The notes under the pieces are model-generated. The model saw only the letters and a program-made list of their open reading frames with translations, was not told the origin of the DNA and searched no databases. Below are positions 50,346 to 59,778 of a stretch of DNA of 64,000 nt, piece by piece. The stretch is from an uncultured bacterium. GTDB taxonomy: Bacteria; Fidelibacterota; Marinisomatia; Marinisomatales; TCS55. The stretch lies in assembly GCA_964491015.1 (NCBI GenBank), contig CAZBEY010000001.1:66119-130118 (forward strand). The letters run 5' to 3'. Both the position numbers and the translations under genes were made by a program. The number at the start of each line of letters is the position of its first letter. Within the stretch, counting starts at the first letter, position 1.

Positions 50346-51328
50346 TTAGGTTCCTTTGTTACAACTAATTCGAGAGTTCTCGGTGATAGATCCCGCCATT
50401 CTAAAATATTCTCCGGCGTCCGAATTGTCGGTTCATAATAATTTTTTCCCGCAATCCAATCTTGAACAAAATCCAGGGTGACGATAATATCTTCAGGATT
50501 TACCGAGGCTATGTAATCCACTCCTCCGACAATAGTCAAGGAAACGGTCGTTGGATTTACAAATAGTCTCAAATTGGGTAACGTATTCACAACTTTTACA
50601 GGAATTTCACTGATAATACGTTCACTGATGGGTTGAACATCCTGTGTTAGTGTAACTGCGTTCTGTGAATATTCAAGAAGTGGTTGGGTCCTATTGTCAA
50701 TATTTAAAGAAATGTTTAAATCAATTTCCTGATTCAAGAAGGTATCCTTTTTAGTCTCAACAAAAGTCATCTTTTCGACTACTTCTCTTGGACCGGCTAC
50801 ATCAATCGTATCCGGCGCAATGGTTTGAGCACCCACCAATGTATATCCGGGAGAAGCGTCAATAACCACTAAAGATTTAACAAGTACTGTTTTTACCATG
50901 TATTCATCTAAACTGATGTGTATTGAGTCTGGATATACTACTTCAATGTACTCCAAGTCATAAGACGGAGGCAGCACAACTTTTTGAGGATATCGTTCGT
51001 AATACTCATTTAGATAAAAATCATATTCTTCAGATATCCTATCGAGATCAATGACTAATTTAAAATCGGATAGAAATTTCTTAACCAGAAGTGTTTTAAA
51101 TAAAACACGCCCAGGACCTTTTATTCGGACTTGGGCATATTCTGGAACTTCTTTCTTGTGGGCCTTTTGGGCGCTCAAATTTCGAGCTTCGATAGGCATA
51201 TCCATCACTAATGTGTATTCATTTTCGCTGACGACAAATATCCAAAGTAACAGTGCCAATCCGACTGCCTGCAATCTCGATCCTACAGAATGCCAATTGA
51301 GATATTTTTGCAGGCTTTTTTTATTCAT
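50342..51328 (-). CDS. YbbR-domain protein (CdaR-like)
   Basis: 328 aa. An N-terminal TM helix is followed by repeated beta-rich YbbR-like modules. It overlaps the tsaD start by 4 nt. Confidence 0.6.
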   Translation of the reverse strand: MNKKSLQKYLNWHSVGSRLQAVGLALLLWIFVVSENEYTLVMDMPIEARNLSAQKAHKKEVPEYAQVRIKGPGRVLFKTLLVKKFLSDFKLVIDLDRISEEYDFYLNEYYERYPQKVVLPPSYDLEYIEVVYPDSIHISLDEYMVKTVLVKSLVVIDASPGYTLVGAQTIAPDTIDVAGPREVVEKMTFVETKKDTFLNQEIDLNISLNIDNRTQPLLEYSQNAVTLTQDVQPISERIISEIPVKVVNTLPNLRLFVNPTTVSLTIVGGVDYIASVNPEDIIVTLDFVQDWIAGKNYYEPTIRTPENILEWRDLSPRTLELVVTKEPN

Positions 51329-51356
51329 TATACCATTAATAAACTATGATGTGAAT

Positions 51357-53270
51357 CTAGGATTCGTTTTCGGTTTCTTCTTTTGAATCTCCCGTTTGAA
51401 GGTCTTCTGGTATTTCAATTTTTTCTGCAGCCGGCTCTTTTTGACCATCCAAAAAGTCTTTTACGGAATCTTTAGTTGCTTTTTCACCGCCTTCAGAAAA
51501 TGATTCAGAAAACAGTATCACTTTTTTATCTTCCGGATTTACTTCCATAACATTTCCAGACACCTTGGCACCGGGTTTCAAATCCAACATAACTTCCTTC
51601 CGTTTTTTCTTTGTTTTCTTTCCAAAAGGAATAATGCCTTCAACATCCATTTCCAACTGTAGAATGATGCCTTTATCCAATACACGGATAATTTCACCGC
51701 TCACTTCTCTGCCTGTCTCATAATATTTAACTATTTCAGGCCACGGATCATCAGAAACCTGTTTTAACCCGAGAGAAATTCGACGATTCTCTCTCGATAT
51801 TTCCAAAATACGGACTTCAACTTTCTGTCCTTTTTCTACTATTTCTTTTGGATGTCTGACTATTTTTGTCCAAGAAAGGTCAGAAACATGAATCAATCCA
51901 TCAATACCTTCTTCAAGTTCGACGAAGGCTCCAAATTGTGCCAAGTTATTAATCTTTCCTTTATGAACAGTGCCCACCATATATTTTTCTTCAATTTCAT
52001 CCCATGGATCCGGTTGCAGCTGTTTAACGCCAAGGCTGATCTTCCGCTCATTTGAGTCGATGGATAAAACCATTGTGTCTATTTCATCATTTAGTTTGTA
52101 TAACTCATTTGGATTCTTTACTTGCCGTGTCCAGGACATTTCTGATATGTGAATCAATCCTTCAACTCCCGGTTCAAGTTCCACAAAGGCTCCATAATTC
52201 GTCATACTTACAATTTTACCTTTTACATTAGAATTCACAGGGTATTTAACCTCAACATCCTCCCAAGGATGGGGAGCCAATTGCTTTAATCCGAGTGATA
52301 CCCGCTGTTTCTCTTTATCAAAGTCAATAATTTTTACAGTAAGGACATCATCAAGACCGACTATTTCCGAAGGATGGTTAACCCGTCCCCATGTTAGATC
52401 CGTTATATGGAGCAATCCATCTACACCGCCTAGATCCAAAAAGACACCAAAATCAGTGATATTTTTTACACGGCCTTCCAATACTGTTCCAATTTCCATT
52501 TCGCCCAATAAAGCATCCCGTTGTTCTTTAAGACTTTCCTGAAGTATAATCTTATGGGAAACAACAATATTTTTTCGAGCCTCATTAAATTTTACAATCC
52601 GGACGTCAATATCCGTATTCAGTAAATTATCAAAATCTTTTACGGGTCGAACATCAATCTGAGAGCCAGGCAGAAATCCCTGGATGATACCGAGGTCAAC
52701 AATCATACCCCCTTTTATTCGACGAATGATTTTGCATGAAAATGTTGTTTCATTGTCAAACAAATCTTTTAATTCTTCCCAACGGCGCATAAAGTCAGCT
52801 TTCTCTTTGGAAAGAACCATATTCCCGCGTCTATCTTCAAGGTATTCTAAAAAGATATCGATTTGATCACCGATATTGGGTAAATCATCCTCAGAAAATT
52901 CGTCACGATTAATAATTCCTTCAGATTTGAAACCAATGTCAATAAAAATTACATGGTCATTCATTCCAATCACACGACCTTTAATCACTTGGTTTTCATG
53001 AATTTCAGAAAGGGAATTTTCATATTTACTAATTAAATCATTAGTATTGATTAACTCAATATCCGTTTCATCTATCTCATCTTTATTTACGGTGCGAATA
53101 TCGTCTAATAATTGAGGGTCTAAATAATTTATAGTTTCTATTTTGCCGTTTGATACTTTTTCGACCGCAGGTGTTTCATCAGCTGTTTCCTCAATAATAA
53201 CTGAGTCTACACTGGCATCATCAACCAAAGTATCTGACGTCTGTTCAACGGTTAATTCTTCTTTAGTCAT
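51357..53270 (-). CDS. rpsA: 30S ribosomal protein S1
   Basis: 637 aa with six S1 OB-fold repeats (GxVxxxxxFGAFVEL/DLGG type), an acidic N-terminal leader and an acidic C-terminal tail. Confidence 0.95.
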   Translation of the reverse strand: MTKEELTVEQTSDTLVDDASVDSVIIEETADETPAVEKVSNGKIETINYLDPQLLDDIRTVNKDEIDETDIELINTNDLISKYENSLSEIHENQVIKGRVIGMNDHVIFIDIGFKSEGIINRDEFSEDDLPNIGDQIDIFLEYLEDRRGNMVLSKEKADFMRRWEELKDLFDNETTFSCKIIRRIKGGMIVDLGIIQGFLPGSQIDVRPVKDFDNLLNTDIDVRIVKFNEARKNIVVSHKIILQESLKEQRDALLGEMEIGTVLEGRVKNITDFGVFLDLGGVDGLLHITDLTWGRVNHPSEIVGLDDVLTVKIIDFDKEKQRVSLGLKQLAPHPWEDVEVKYPVNSNVKGKIVSMTNYGAFVELEPGVEGLIHISEMSWTRQVKNPNELYKLNDEIDTMVLSIDSNERKISLGVKQLQPDPWDEIEEKYMVGTVHKGKINNLAQFGAFVELEEGIDGLIHVSDLSWTKIVRHPKEIVEKGQKVEVRILEISRENRRISLGLKQVSDDPWPEIVKYYETGREVSGEIIRVLDKGIILQLEMDVEGIIPFGKKTKKKRKEVMLDLKPGAKVSGNVMEVNPEDKKVILFSESFSEGGEKATKDSVKDFLDGQKEPAAEKIEIPEDLQTGDSKEETENES

Positions 53271-53295
53271 TCTGTTTATAGTTCCTGTTTATTGT

Positions 53296-53958
53296 TTATG
53301 TTTTTTTAATGTTCACGATTTCAAGTATTTTTGACACTTGTTCATCAATACTTAAATGTGTTGTATCGATTACAAAAGCATCCTCTGCTTTTTTCAATGG
53401 CGATATTTTCCGGGAGGCGTCATGTGTATCTCTACGTTCAATATCTTTTATTAATTCTTCAATTGATTTTTCTTCGTCTAGTGCATGAAGTTCTTTGAGT
53501 CGTCTTTCAGCACGAACAACCAAATCCGCTTCCAAAAAAATCTTGAATTCAGCATCCGGAAAGACAACGGTTCCGATATCTCTCCCTTCAATGACACAAT
53601 CAATTTTTTTCGCAATCTTACGCTGGTTCTGGACCATCGCTAGTCGAACATCTTTCTGAGCACTTACAGCGCTCACATGACGAGTTATATCCGGTCTACG
53701 AATTTCAACTGAAACATCTCTGCCATTTAAATAAAACTTATTGGTTCCTTCCTCAATCTTCATATCAATGTCGATGTTAGAAAGTAGATCCTTTAGTTGG
53801 CCTGAATTATTCATGTCAATTCCCGCATCCAAAATTGCAAGGGTAACTGATCTATACATTGCGCCTGTATCTAAATAAATAAATCCTAGCTTCTGTGCAA
53901 TACACTTTGCTGTTGTACTCTTGCCGGTAGCGGCTGGTCCATCAATTGCGATAATCAT
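53296..53958 (-). CDS. cmk: Cytidylate kinase
   Basis: 220 aa with a P-loop (IAIDGPAATGKST), YLDTGAMYR and GRDIGTVV. The cmk-rpsA order is conserved. Confidence 0.95.
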   Translation of the reverse strand: MIIAIDGPAATGKSTTAKCIAQKLGFIYLDTGAMYRSVTLAILDAGIDMNNSGQLKDLLSNIDIDMKIEEGTNKFYLNGRDVSVEIRRPDITRHVSAVSAQKDVRLAMVQNQRKIAKKIDCVIEGRDIGTVVFPDAEFKIFLEADLVVRAERRLKELHALDEEKSIEELIKDIERRDTHDASRKISPLKKAEDAFVIDTTHLSIDEQVSKILEIVNIKKT

Positions 53959-54253
53959 TATTTTATCTTCTCAAAAAGCCGACGAATTTACCGTTTATCA
54001 TTTATAAAAACAAAAAGTAAAGCCTTGGCAATGTATTCCCAAATTCCGACATTGATGGCAAAGAAGATAAAAAATCATCATTTTCTTTTTACGAAGATAA
54101 ATTATCCGCTATGTTAAGTTGATTTTTCCGGATTTCTGTTTTATCACTAAGGTTTTTGTATATTCTTCCAGTGGTATCGGTCTATTTGATCTACTTAAAA
54201 GACTTTTATCCCATTGACCGATTTAATTAATCCTAATTAAAGGAGACCATCTT

Positions 54254-54637
54254 ATGAAACATTGGAAAAGTGCGATTGGTTTGGGAGTCCTCATGTGGCT
54301 AATTCCATTTGCGGTATCATTTTTGATATTTCCATTCCACGACTCATCAAGGCCATTGTTTGAATCCATTATGGCTTTTGCTGTTACCGGAAGCGCCGTC
54401 GTATTGGGATTGACGTATTTGAAACAAATCAATCAAAATTGGAAAGATGAGGCTGTCCTTCTTGGATTTTTGTGGTTAATTATATGTGTTACCATCGATG
54501 CTCCGTTGATGCTGTTGGGCGGTCCCATGGAAATGAGTATTGAACAGTATATGGATGATATTGGCATCACTTATCTTTGTATTCCTGTTGTCACTTGGGG
54601 TATAGGCGTTGCCTGTTCTTGGACAGAAAAGACATAG
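54254..54637 (+). CDS. Hypothetical four-TM membrane protein
   Basis: 127 aa and hydrophobic, with an AAAGGAG SD 7 nt upstream. No family was recognised. Confidence 0.5.
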   Translation: MKHWKSAIGLGVLMWLIPFAVSFLIFPFHDSSRPLFESIMAFAVTGSAVVLGLTYLKQINQNWKDEAVLLGFLWLIICVTIDAPLMLLGGPMEMSIEQYMDDIGITYLCIPVVTWGIGVACSWTEKT

Positions 54638-54736
54638 AATGAGGAAATTCTTTTCTGGTTAATGTTCCAAAAATAATTTTCTGATTTGAACCAAAACAGA
54701 TAGCGTCTCGGACGTTAACAATTAATAATTGTTGAA

Positions 54737-55210
54737 ATGAGTATAGATAATGATAAAAAAGGGGCTGCTGTAAAGTTTCCACCGCCTTTGGTATTTATAT
54801 TTTGGATCATTGTGGGCTATGGATTTCAGCAGATTCAACCGGTGAAAATCGAGTGTGTTTTTCCTTATAATTTAATTGGCTGGATCCTTATCATTTTGGG
54901 GATTTCTATTATTTTGTTCATTAGACGTACTTTTACCCGTGCCGGTACCAGCATTGAACCTTGGGAGCCGACATTAAACATCATTACAACCGGATTCTAT
55001 GCCTACTCTAGAAATCCTGTTTATGTCCTATTTTGCCTAGTACCCATGGGAATTGGCATTTTATTGAATAATTTTTGGATACTGATCAGCTTAATACCCT
55101 CAATAATTACAGTTTATTTTATTGCTGTCAAAAAAGAAGAAGCATATTTAGAGGAAAAATTTGGGGATGAATATGTACAATATAAACAAAAAGTCAGGCG
55201 ATGGTTATAA
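54737..55210 (+). CDS. Isoprenylcysteine carboxyl / phospholipid methyltransferase-family membrane protein
   Basis: 157 aa. TTGFYAYSRNPVYV...EEAYLEEKFGDEY is the ICMT/PEMT-family C-terminal signature. Confidence 0.7.
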   Translation: MSIDNDKKGAAVKFPPPLVFIFWIIVGYGFQQIQPVKIECVFPYNLIGWILIILGISIILFIRRTFTRAGTSIEPWEPTLNIITTGFYAYSRNPVYVLFCLVPMGIGILLNNFWILISLIPSIITVYFIAVKKEEAYLEEKFGDEYVQYKQKVRRWL

Positions 55211-55227
55211 ATCGATTTGGTTAATAT

Positions 55228-55767
55228 TTATTCATGTTTGGAAGCAAATACTGTCAAATCATTTTTCAGATCTCCCGGGGAATTGACTTGATGAAGGTTT
55301 TTATTGGGAATTTCAAATAAATCCGTTTTTGTTCTAAACCAGGTTCTATCAGACCGAAAGCGTTTCGTCCCTTTTTTATAGAAAGAGGCCTTTCTCTCTA
55401 ATTCATCTTTGGACAACCATCCACAAACAGTTAATTCTTTTTTGTCCTCAAAATAACTGCAAAATAAGTAAATATCCGTTTGGTAATCTTTCTGGAGAGC
55501 AATGAAATTATTAACGTAATAGCTTTTAACGTCCGTTGTTCGTCCCATGGTTTTTACGTCAATGGCTAATCCGGCATATTCCAGGTCTTTGCCATGGTCA
55601 AATCCTTCTTCTCCGGTCAATAAGTCAACATGAAACAACGTTTGGATGGTACATTGACCAATGATACCAATGAGCTGTTCATGAATATTTCCGTCTGCCA
55701 CCCCCCTGTTCCCAAAATTGTGATCTTCCAGCAACCATTGGACATATTCAATCAATTCGTTTGACAC
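55228..55767 (-). CDS. Putative PD-(D/E)XK-fold nuclease (restriction-endonuclease-like)
   Basis: 179 aa with E30, D57/D61 and I-D70-V-K72, followed by Q96-T-D-I-Y100 (QxxxY-like). The ORF-track start is a GTG. An in-frame CTG at 55782 sits 6 nt after an AGGAG. The fold assignment rests on the motif pattern only. Confidence 0.4.
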   Translation of the reverse strand: MSNELIEYVQWLLEDHNFGNRGVADGNIHEQLIGIIGQCTIQTLFHVDLLTGEEGFDHGKDLEYAGLAIDVKTMGRTTDVKSYYVNNFIALQKDYQTDIYLFCSYFEDKKELTVCGWLSKDELERKASFYKKGTKRFRSDRTWFRTKTDLFEIPNKNLHQVNSPGDLKNDLTVFASKHE

Positions 55768-55813
55768 TTTGATAATAAACAGTCCGTACTCCTAAAGGTT
55801 TATTTTTTCCTAA

Positions 55814-57763
55814 CTATTTTATCATGACCAATTTTGTTACATCAATGGAATGTCCATTGGAAATTTTGAGTAAATAAATTCCTGCTGACATTTGTTTACC
55901 GGACCCATCTTGTCCATACCATATAAATTGATGATGTCCAGGGTATTGAATAAAATTTTCCTGATAAATATTTTTGCCTAAAATATTCAATATAGATATG
56001 GACATCTGGCTTTTGACTGGAATTTCGTATGAGATGGTCGTTCTTGGGTTAAATGGATTGGGATAGGCCGGGTGAACAATAAAATATTTTGGGACCCCTC
56101 GCTCAATCACGTTTACTTGATTAATTGTGAATGATGTTTCGCCAATTGCAATCCCGTCTTCTACTGTAAATAAAATTGGATATGGATTCAATCGCATTGA
56201 ATCTCCATCCATTTGCCCAATGACATTAAAGGAATAGTCTCCATCGATGACCAGAGGGATGGTGACTGCCCAAATACCATCGGCTGCATTTTCGTCTTCG
56301 TGATTACCATCATCATAGGCTTTATAGGGTACACCGCTTGTCAAGTCGCCCTTTATCCATATTTCCTCAACAGTATTCTGGGGATCGGTGACTGTAAATG
56401 TAATATCCGCTGCGTGGGGAAGTGTCTTGGGCAAGAAACTGACATCGGTTGAAAATTTATACGGGAATTGACCACCACTTGAATAGATTGCTTCAATATA
56501 AAACGCAGTCCAACCCGAGTCGGGAGCGGTGATATCAGCCAGGTATACACCATTGCCCTGATCAGATAAGATGACATCATTCCAGGCAGGACCAATGGTC
56601 ATGTATCGAAAATCGTATGCGTTGGGATTATAAGCCTGCCATAATTTGACTTGAGTGGGGCTTGTAACCGTTTCAAAGCGGATGGAGCCGTCTTCCATCA
56701 TTTCCCAGGAAAATTCAGGCAATGTAAAATCATTTAAAATGGCTTTATAAAAGGCAGCAAAACTATATACAACATCATCCAGAGCTTGTTCTAAACTATG
56801 GCTCGCGTTGGGAACATAACGCTGAAACGTCGGCCCGGGAAGTTGGTCAAAGTAAAATTGAGATGAAGGAACAAAAAATTCATCGCCCGTGGCATGGATT
56901 AAATATTTTGGCATGGTGGCAAAGCGATCTTTGTATTTCAGTGGATCTACGATGGACATGAGATAATAAATCTCCGGATAACTAAACCAGTCAAAAATGC
57001 CCATATTTTCATAATCCCAAACAGCCGGAGACCAAAATCCGTATGCACCATAATGATGTTTAAAGGACTGAATCGTATTGAGAGCATCAAATACAATGGG
57101 TATCATTCCGCAAACACGATCGTCCACTGCGGAGGTTAGCCAAGTAGTCCAGCCCCGTTTTGAGGCGCCGCTCAATACAAATTGATTGATCTGATATGAA
57201 CTATCCAATCCCGCCACAAATGTTTGTGCCATATCCATTCCTCTGACAACACTTTTCACCATGGGTAACTGCAAAATCCAGGTTTCGTCGCCACCATTCA
57301 GATATTTATCCCATGAATAGGCAATGATGGCATCTTCGCTCCTGGATTCAGTTTCATCCGTGAAGGTAAGGGGCTCATTGGGAACCATACCAAAATTAAC
57401 GACAATGGTATGGGATAATGCGGCAATGGTCGAGGATTCTTCGAAGGTGCCCCCTGGAGGGTCTGGACTATTGCTTCCACCATTGATAAATAGCAATGCT
57501 TTATCATAATAAACTTCACTTGGGATCACAATGCTGACCCAATGCTCCCACAAAGTTCTGTCTACTTCATTTAAATTCCGCCAGGACTGGGATGACATAT
57601 ACAAAATGTAGTTAGTGTAATTGGTTCCAAAAAGGGTGTCAACAGCATAAAAATTAAAGGAAGTGTCCTCCAATGCAACATAATCCTCCAGAGCAGAGCT
57701 CTGGGAAAATGATGCATTAAAAAGTAAAATTGAGGAAATTAATGGTAGTATATGTTTTTTCAT
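55814..57763 (-). CDS. Secreted PhoPQ-activated-pathogenicity-related (PqaA-type alpha/beta-hydrolase-like) protein with a T9SS C-terminal sorting domain
   Basis: 649 aa with a signal peptide. WEHWVSIVIPSEV...ALLFINGGSN and GASKRGWTTWLTSAVDDRV resemble the PhoPQ_related family. The C-terminal ~80 aa (YPNPFNPRTTISYEIP...AGIYLLKI) form a T9SS type A CTD. Confidence 0.6.
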   Translation of the reverse strand: MKKHILPLISSILLFNASFSQSSALEDYVALEDTSFNFYAVDTLFGTNYTNYILYMSSQSWRNLNEVDRTLWEHWVSIVIPSEVYYDKALLFINGGSNSPDPPGGTFEESSTIAALSHTIVVNFGMVPNEPLTFTDETESRSEDAIIAYSWDKYLNGGDETWILQLPMVKSVVRGMDMAQTFVAGLDSSYQINQFVLSGASKRGWTTWLTSAVDDRVCGMIPIVFDALNTIQSFKHHYGAYGFWSPAVWDYENMGIFDWFSYPEIYYLMSIVDPLKYKDRFATMPKYLIHATGDEFFVPSSQFYFDQLPGPTFQRYVPNASHSLEQALDDVVYSFAAFYKAILNDFTLPEFSWEMMEDGSIRFETVTSPTQVKLWQAYNPNAYDFRYMTIGPAWNDVILSDQGNGVYLADITAPDSGWTAFYIEAIYSSGGQFPYKFSTDVSFLPKTLPHAADITFTVTDPQNTVEEIWIKGDLTSGVPYKAYDDGNHEDENAADGIWAVTIPLVIDGDYSFNVIGQMDGDSMRLNPYPILFTVEDGIAIGETSFTINQVNVIERGVPKYFIVHPAYPNPFNPRTTISYEIPVKSQMSISILNILGKNIYQENFIQYPGHHQFIWYGQDGSGKQMSAGIYLLKISNGHSIDVTKLVMIK

Positions 57764-58935
57764 TTTTTGAATTTATGATTAATTTGGATCATATCTGTAT
57801 TTAGGCGTTGGCGAGCTGTTTCGCAATATTTTTCCGATGTGTCAAACCCAAGGAATCTTCTACCCAATCGATGGGCGACAGCTGTAGTAGTACCGGCGCC
57901 ATTAAATGGGTCTAAAATAACGTCATTCTGATAACTGAATAATTTCAAAACACGTTCAACCAATTTTTCCGGAAACATAGCCGGATGATTATATTGCTTC
58001 ATTTTCTTTTCCGGAGCCATTGACCATTTTGCAACCACCCATTCCTTAAATTCATCAGCCGATATATCGATATTATCCTTTTCCCCCGACTTTTTCATTT
58101 CCCCTTTGCAGAATATTTCCACAAACTCCCAAGTATATTTCAGGTATGGATTACTGGGGCTTTTCCAACTTCCCCATGCGGTGTATTTACAATTATAATT
58201 ATTTTTTTCCCAGAGGACTTCTCCCTTCCAAATCATTTTTCGCTTCATACAATGCTGGCTGATTAAATGATGACTGGGAATATAGTCGGAGAATAATGGC
58301 TGTACATTGATAATTAATCTGCCACCATACTTCAAAACACGGATACATTCGTCCAAAATGCCAAAAAGCTTTGCAAAATACTCATCCCAATTATGGTCAT
58401 CGTCACTTCCCTCGTATTCGAGGCCAAAATTATATGGAGGTGAAGTTAAAACAAGGTCAATGCAGTTATCCGGTAAATTTTGCAATACAACCAGACTATC
58501 ACCGCATACGATCTGATTCGCGAAGGCTTCCGGAAGTAAATTATTGTCCTTTAAAAACTTTTGGTTCTTTGCATAAAAATATTTACCTCTTCGACCTTCC
58601 TTCTGAATACGATTTTTCACTTTTCTTTCTTGATTATAATCTACATAAATCCGTTTCCCATTTTTGACGCCATAACTTTTTATTCCACCAATCGATTTCT
58701 CAATTTTGTCGAATATATTTTTCGTATCTCTTCCATAATCAGCCATGATGGTATTTTTAATTCGTGAGAATTGCTGAAAATCCAGTGATTTTAGCTTAAT
58801 TGAAATTGTTAGGCCATCATGCGAAATATAAAAATCCTTTCGATTAAAAAATGTATTTATTTCGCGGAGAGCTTTCTCCTCCTGAAAGTCTATGGGAGAT
58901 TTAAGGTTGACTGTAATCTCTTTATACGGGTTCAT
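57760..58935 (-). CDS. Site-specific DNA methyltransferase, beta-class N4-C/N6-A amino-methyltransferase
   Basis: 391 aa. Motif IV (LVLTSPPYNFG) precedes motif I (DPFNGAGTTTAVA) near the C-terminus, as in the N6_N4_Mtase family. There is a ~135-aa N-terminal extension of unknown function. The stop overlaps the next gene's ATG as ATGA. Confidence 0.85.
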   Translation of the reverse strand: MNPYKEITVNLKSPIDFQEEKALREINTFFNRKDFYISHDGLTISIKLKSLDFQQFSRIKNTIMADYGRDTKNIFDKIEKSIGGIKSYGVKNGKRIYVDYNQERKVKNRIQKEGRRGKYFYAKNQKFLKDNNLLPEAFANQIVCGDSLVVLQNLPDNCIDLVLTSPPYNFGLEYEGSDDDHNWDEYFAKLFGILDECIRVLKYGGRLIINVQPLFSDYIPSHHLISQHCMKRKMIWKGEVLWEKNNYNCKYTAWGSWKSPSNPYLKYTWEFVEIFCKGEMKKSGEKDNIDISADEFKEWVVAKWSMAPEKKMKQYNHPAMFPEKLVERVLKLFSYQNDVILDPFNGAGTTTAVAHRLGRRFLGFDTSEKYCETARQRLNTDMIQINHKFKK

Positions 58936-59223
58936 GTGGAAGGAAAATTACCGTTTATCAAACCACATATCAATACAGACGTGAAAGTATTTTACTTTGT
59001 ACGACAATCATCCGCCTGCGTCCCTCTGGCATGAATGTCGATTTATGCGGCTTATACTTTTTTCGATCTAATAGACAAAAGTGATTGCTAATTTAGCTGT
59101 AAATGTTTGATAGCGAGGAAGTTAGATAGATTTTATTTATATTATTTGATTCAAAACAACTGTCTTTCAATTTCCCAATCTTAAGCCGTAACCATCCCAA
59201 GGATATTTGTTTTCTATTGACTT

Positions 59224-59778
59224 CTATTCAACAGATGTTGAGTCCGGTTCCGGTGGTTTTGGTTTTTCACCCCAATAAGTTGGACGTGTCTGGAGCTGGT
59301 GTAAAATACTTTCATTGGTTTGGAAAACTTCCTTTTCATCTCCAATCCGAACGAAATTTTTACTCCATTCGGACTTTGATCTGCCAAAGATAGCTGAACC
59401 GATTTCACTTCCTTTTTGATCAATTAATTGTAATCGAACACCATTAGAATCATCTACAGAATAAGTCCTCCATTTTTCAGGATTTTTTGAAATCATGGTT
59501 TCACGTTCTACCTTCAAAGCGCGATTAAAAAAATTATCCATGATCGTCCTTTTTACAATTAAAGAATCATTTCCCACAATTGTCCACAATGTATCTGCTT
59601 TAGCAAGTTCAATGGATTCTGATCCGTTGGAAATGATCAAACCAGAAACGTTGTCAATATTTATAGGGAAAATTTCAACAGCACTCGTTGTATGTTTTCC
59701 TTGATTAGAAATATTAATAATATATAATACCGATAGAACAGCAATTGAAATGAGAATATATTTCCACTGTTTAATCAT
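59224..59778 (-). CDS. DUF4340-domain protein (GldG-associated)
   Basis: It has an N-terminal TM helix (MIKQWKYILISIAVLSVL) and lies directly after the gldG-like gene, as is usual for DUF4340. The start was trimmed from 59835 to the ATG at 59778. Confidence 0.6.
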   Translation of the reverse strand: MIKQWKYILISIAVLSVLYIINISNQGKHTTSAVEIFPINIDNVSGLIISNGSESIELAKADTLWTIVGNDSLIVKRTIMDNFFNRALKVERETMISKNPEKWRTYSVDDSNGVRLQLIDQKGSEIGSAIFGRSKSEWSKNFVRIGDEKEVFQTNESILHQLQTRPTYWGEKPKPPEPDSTSVE

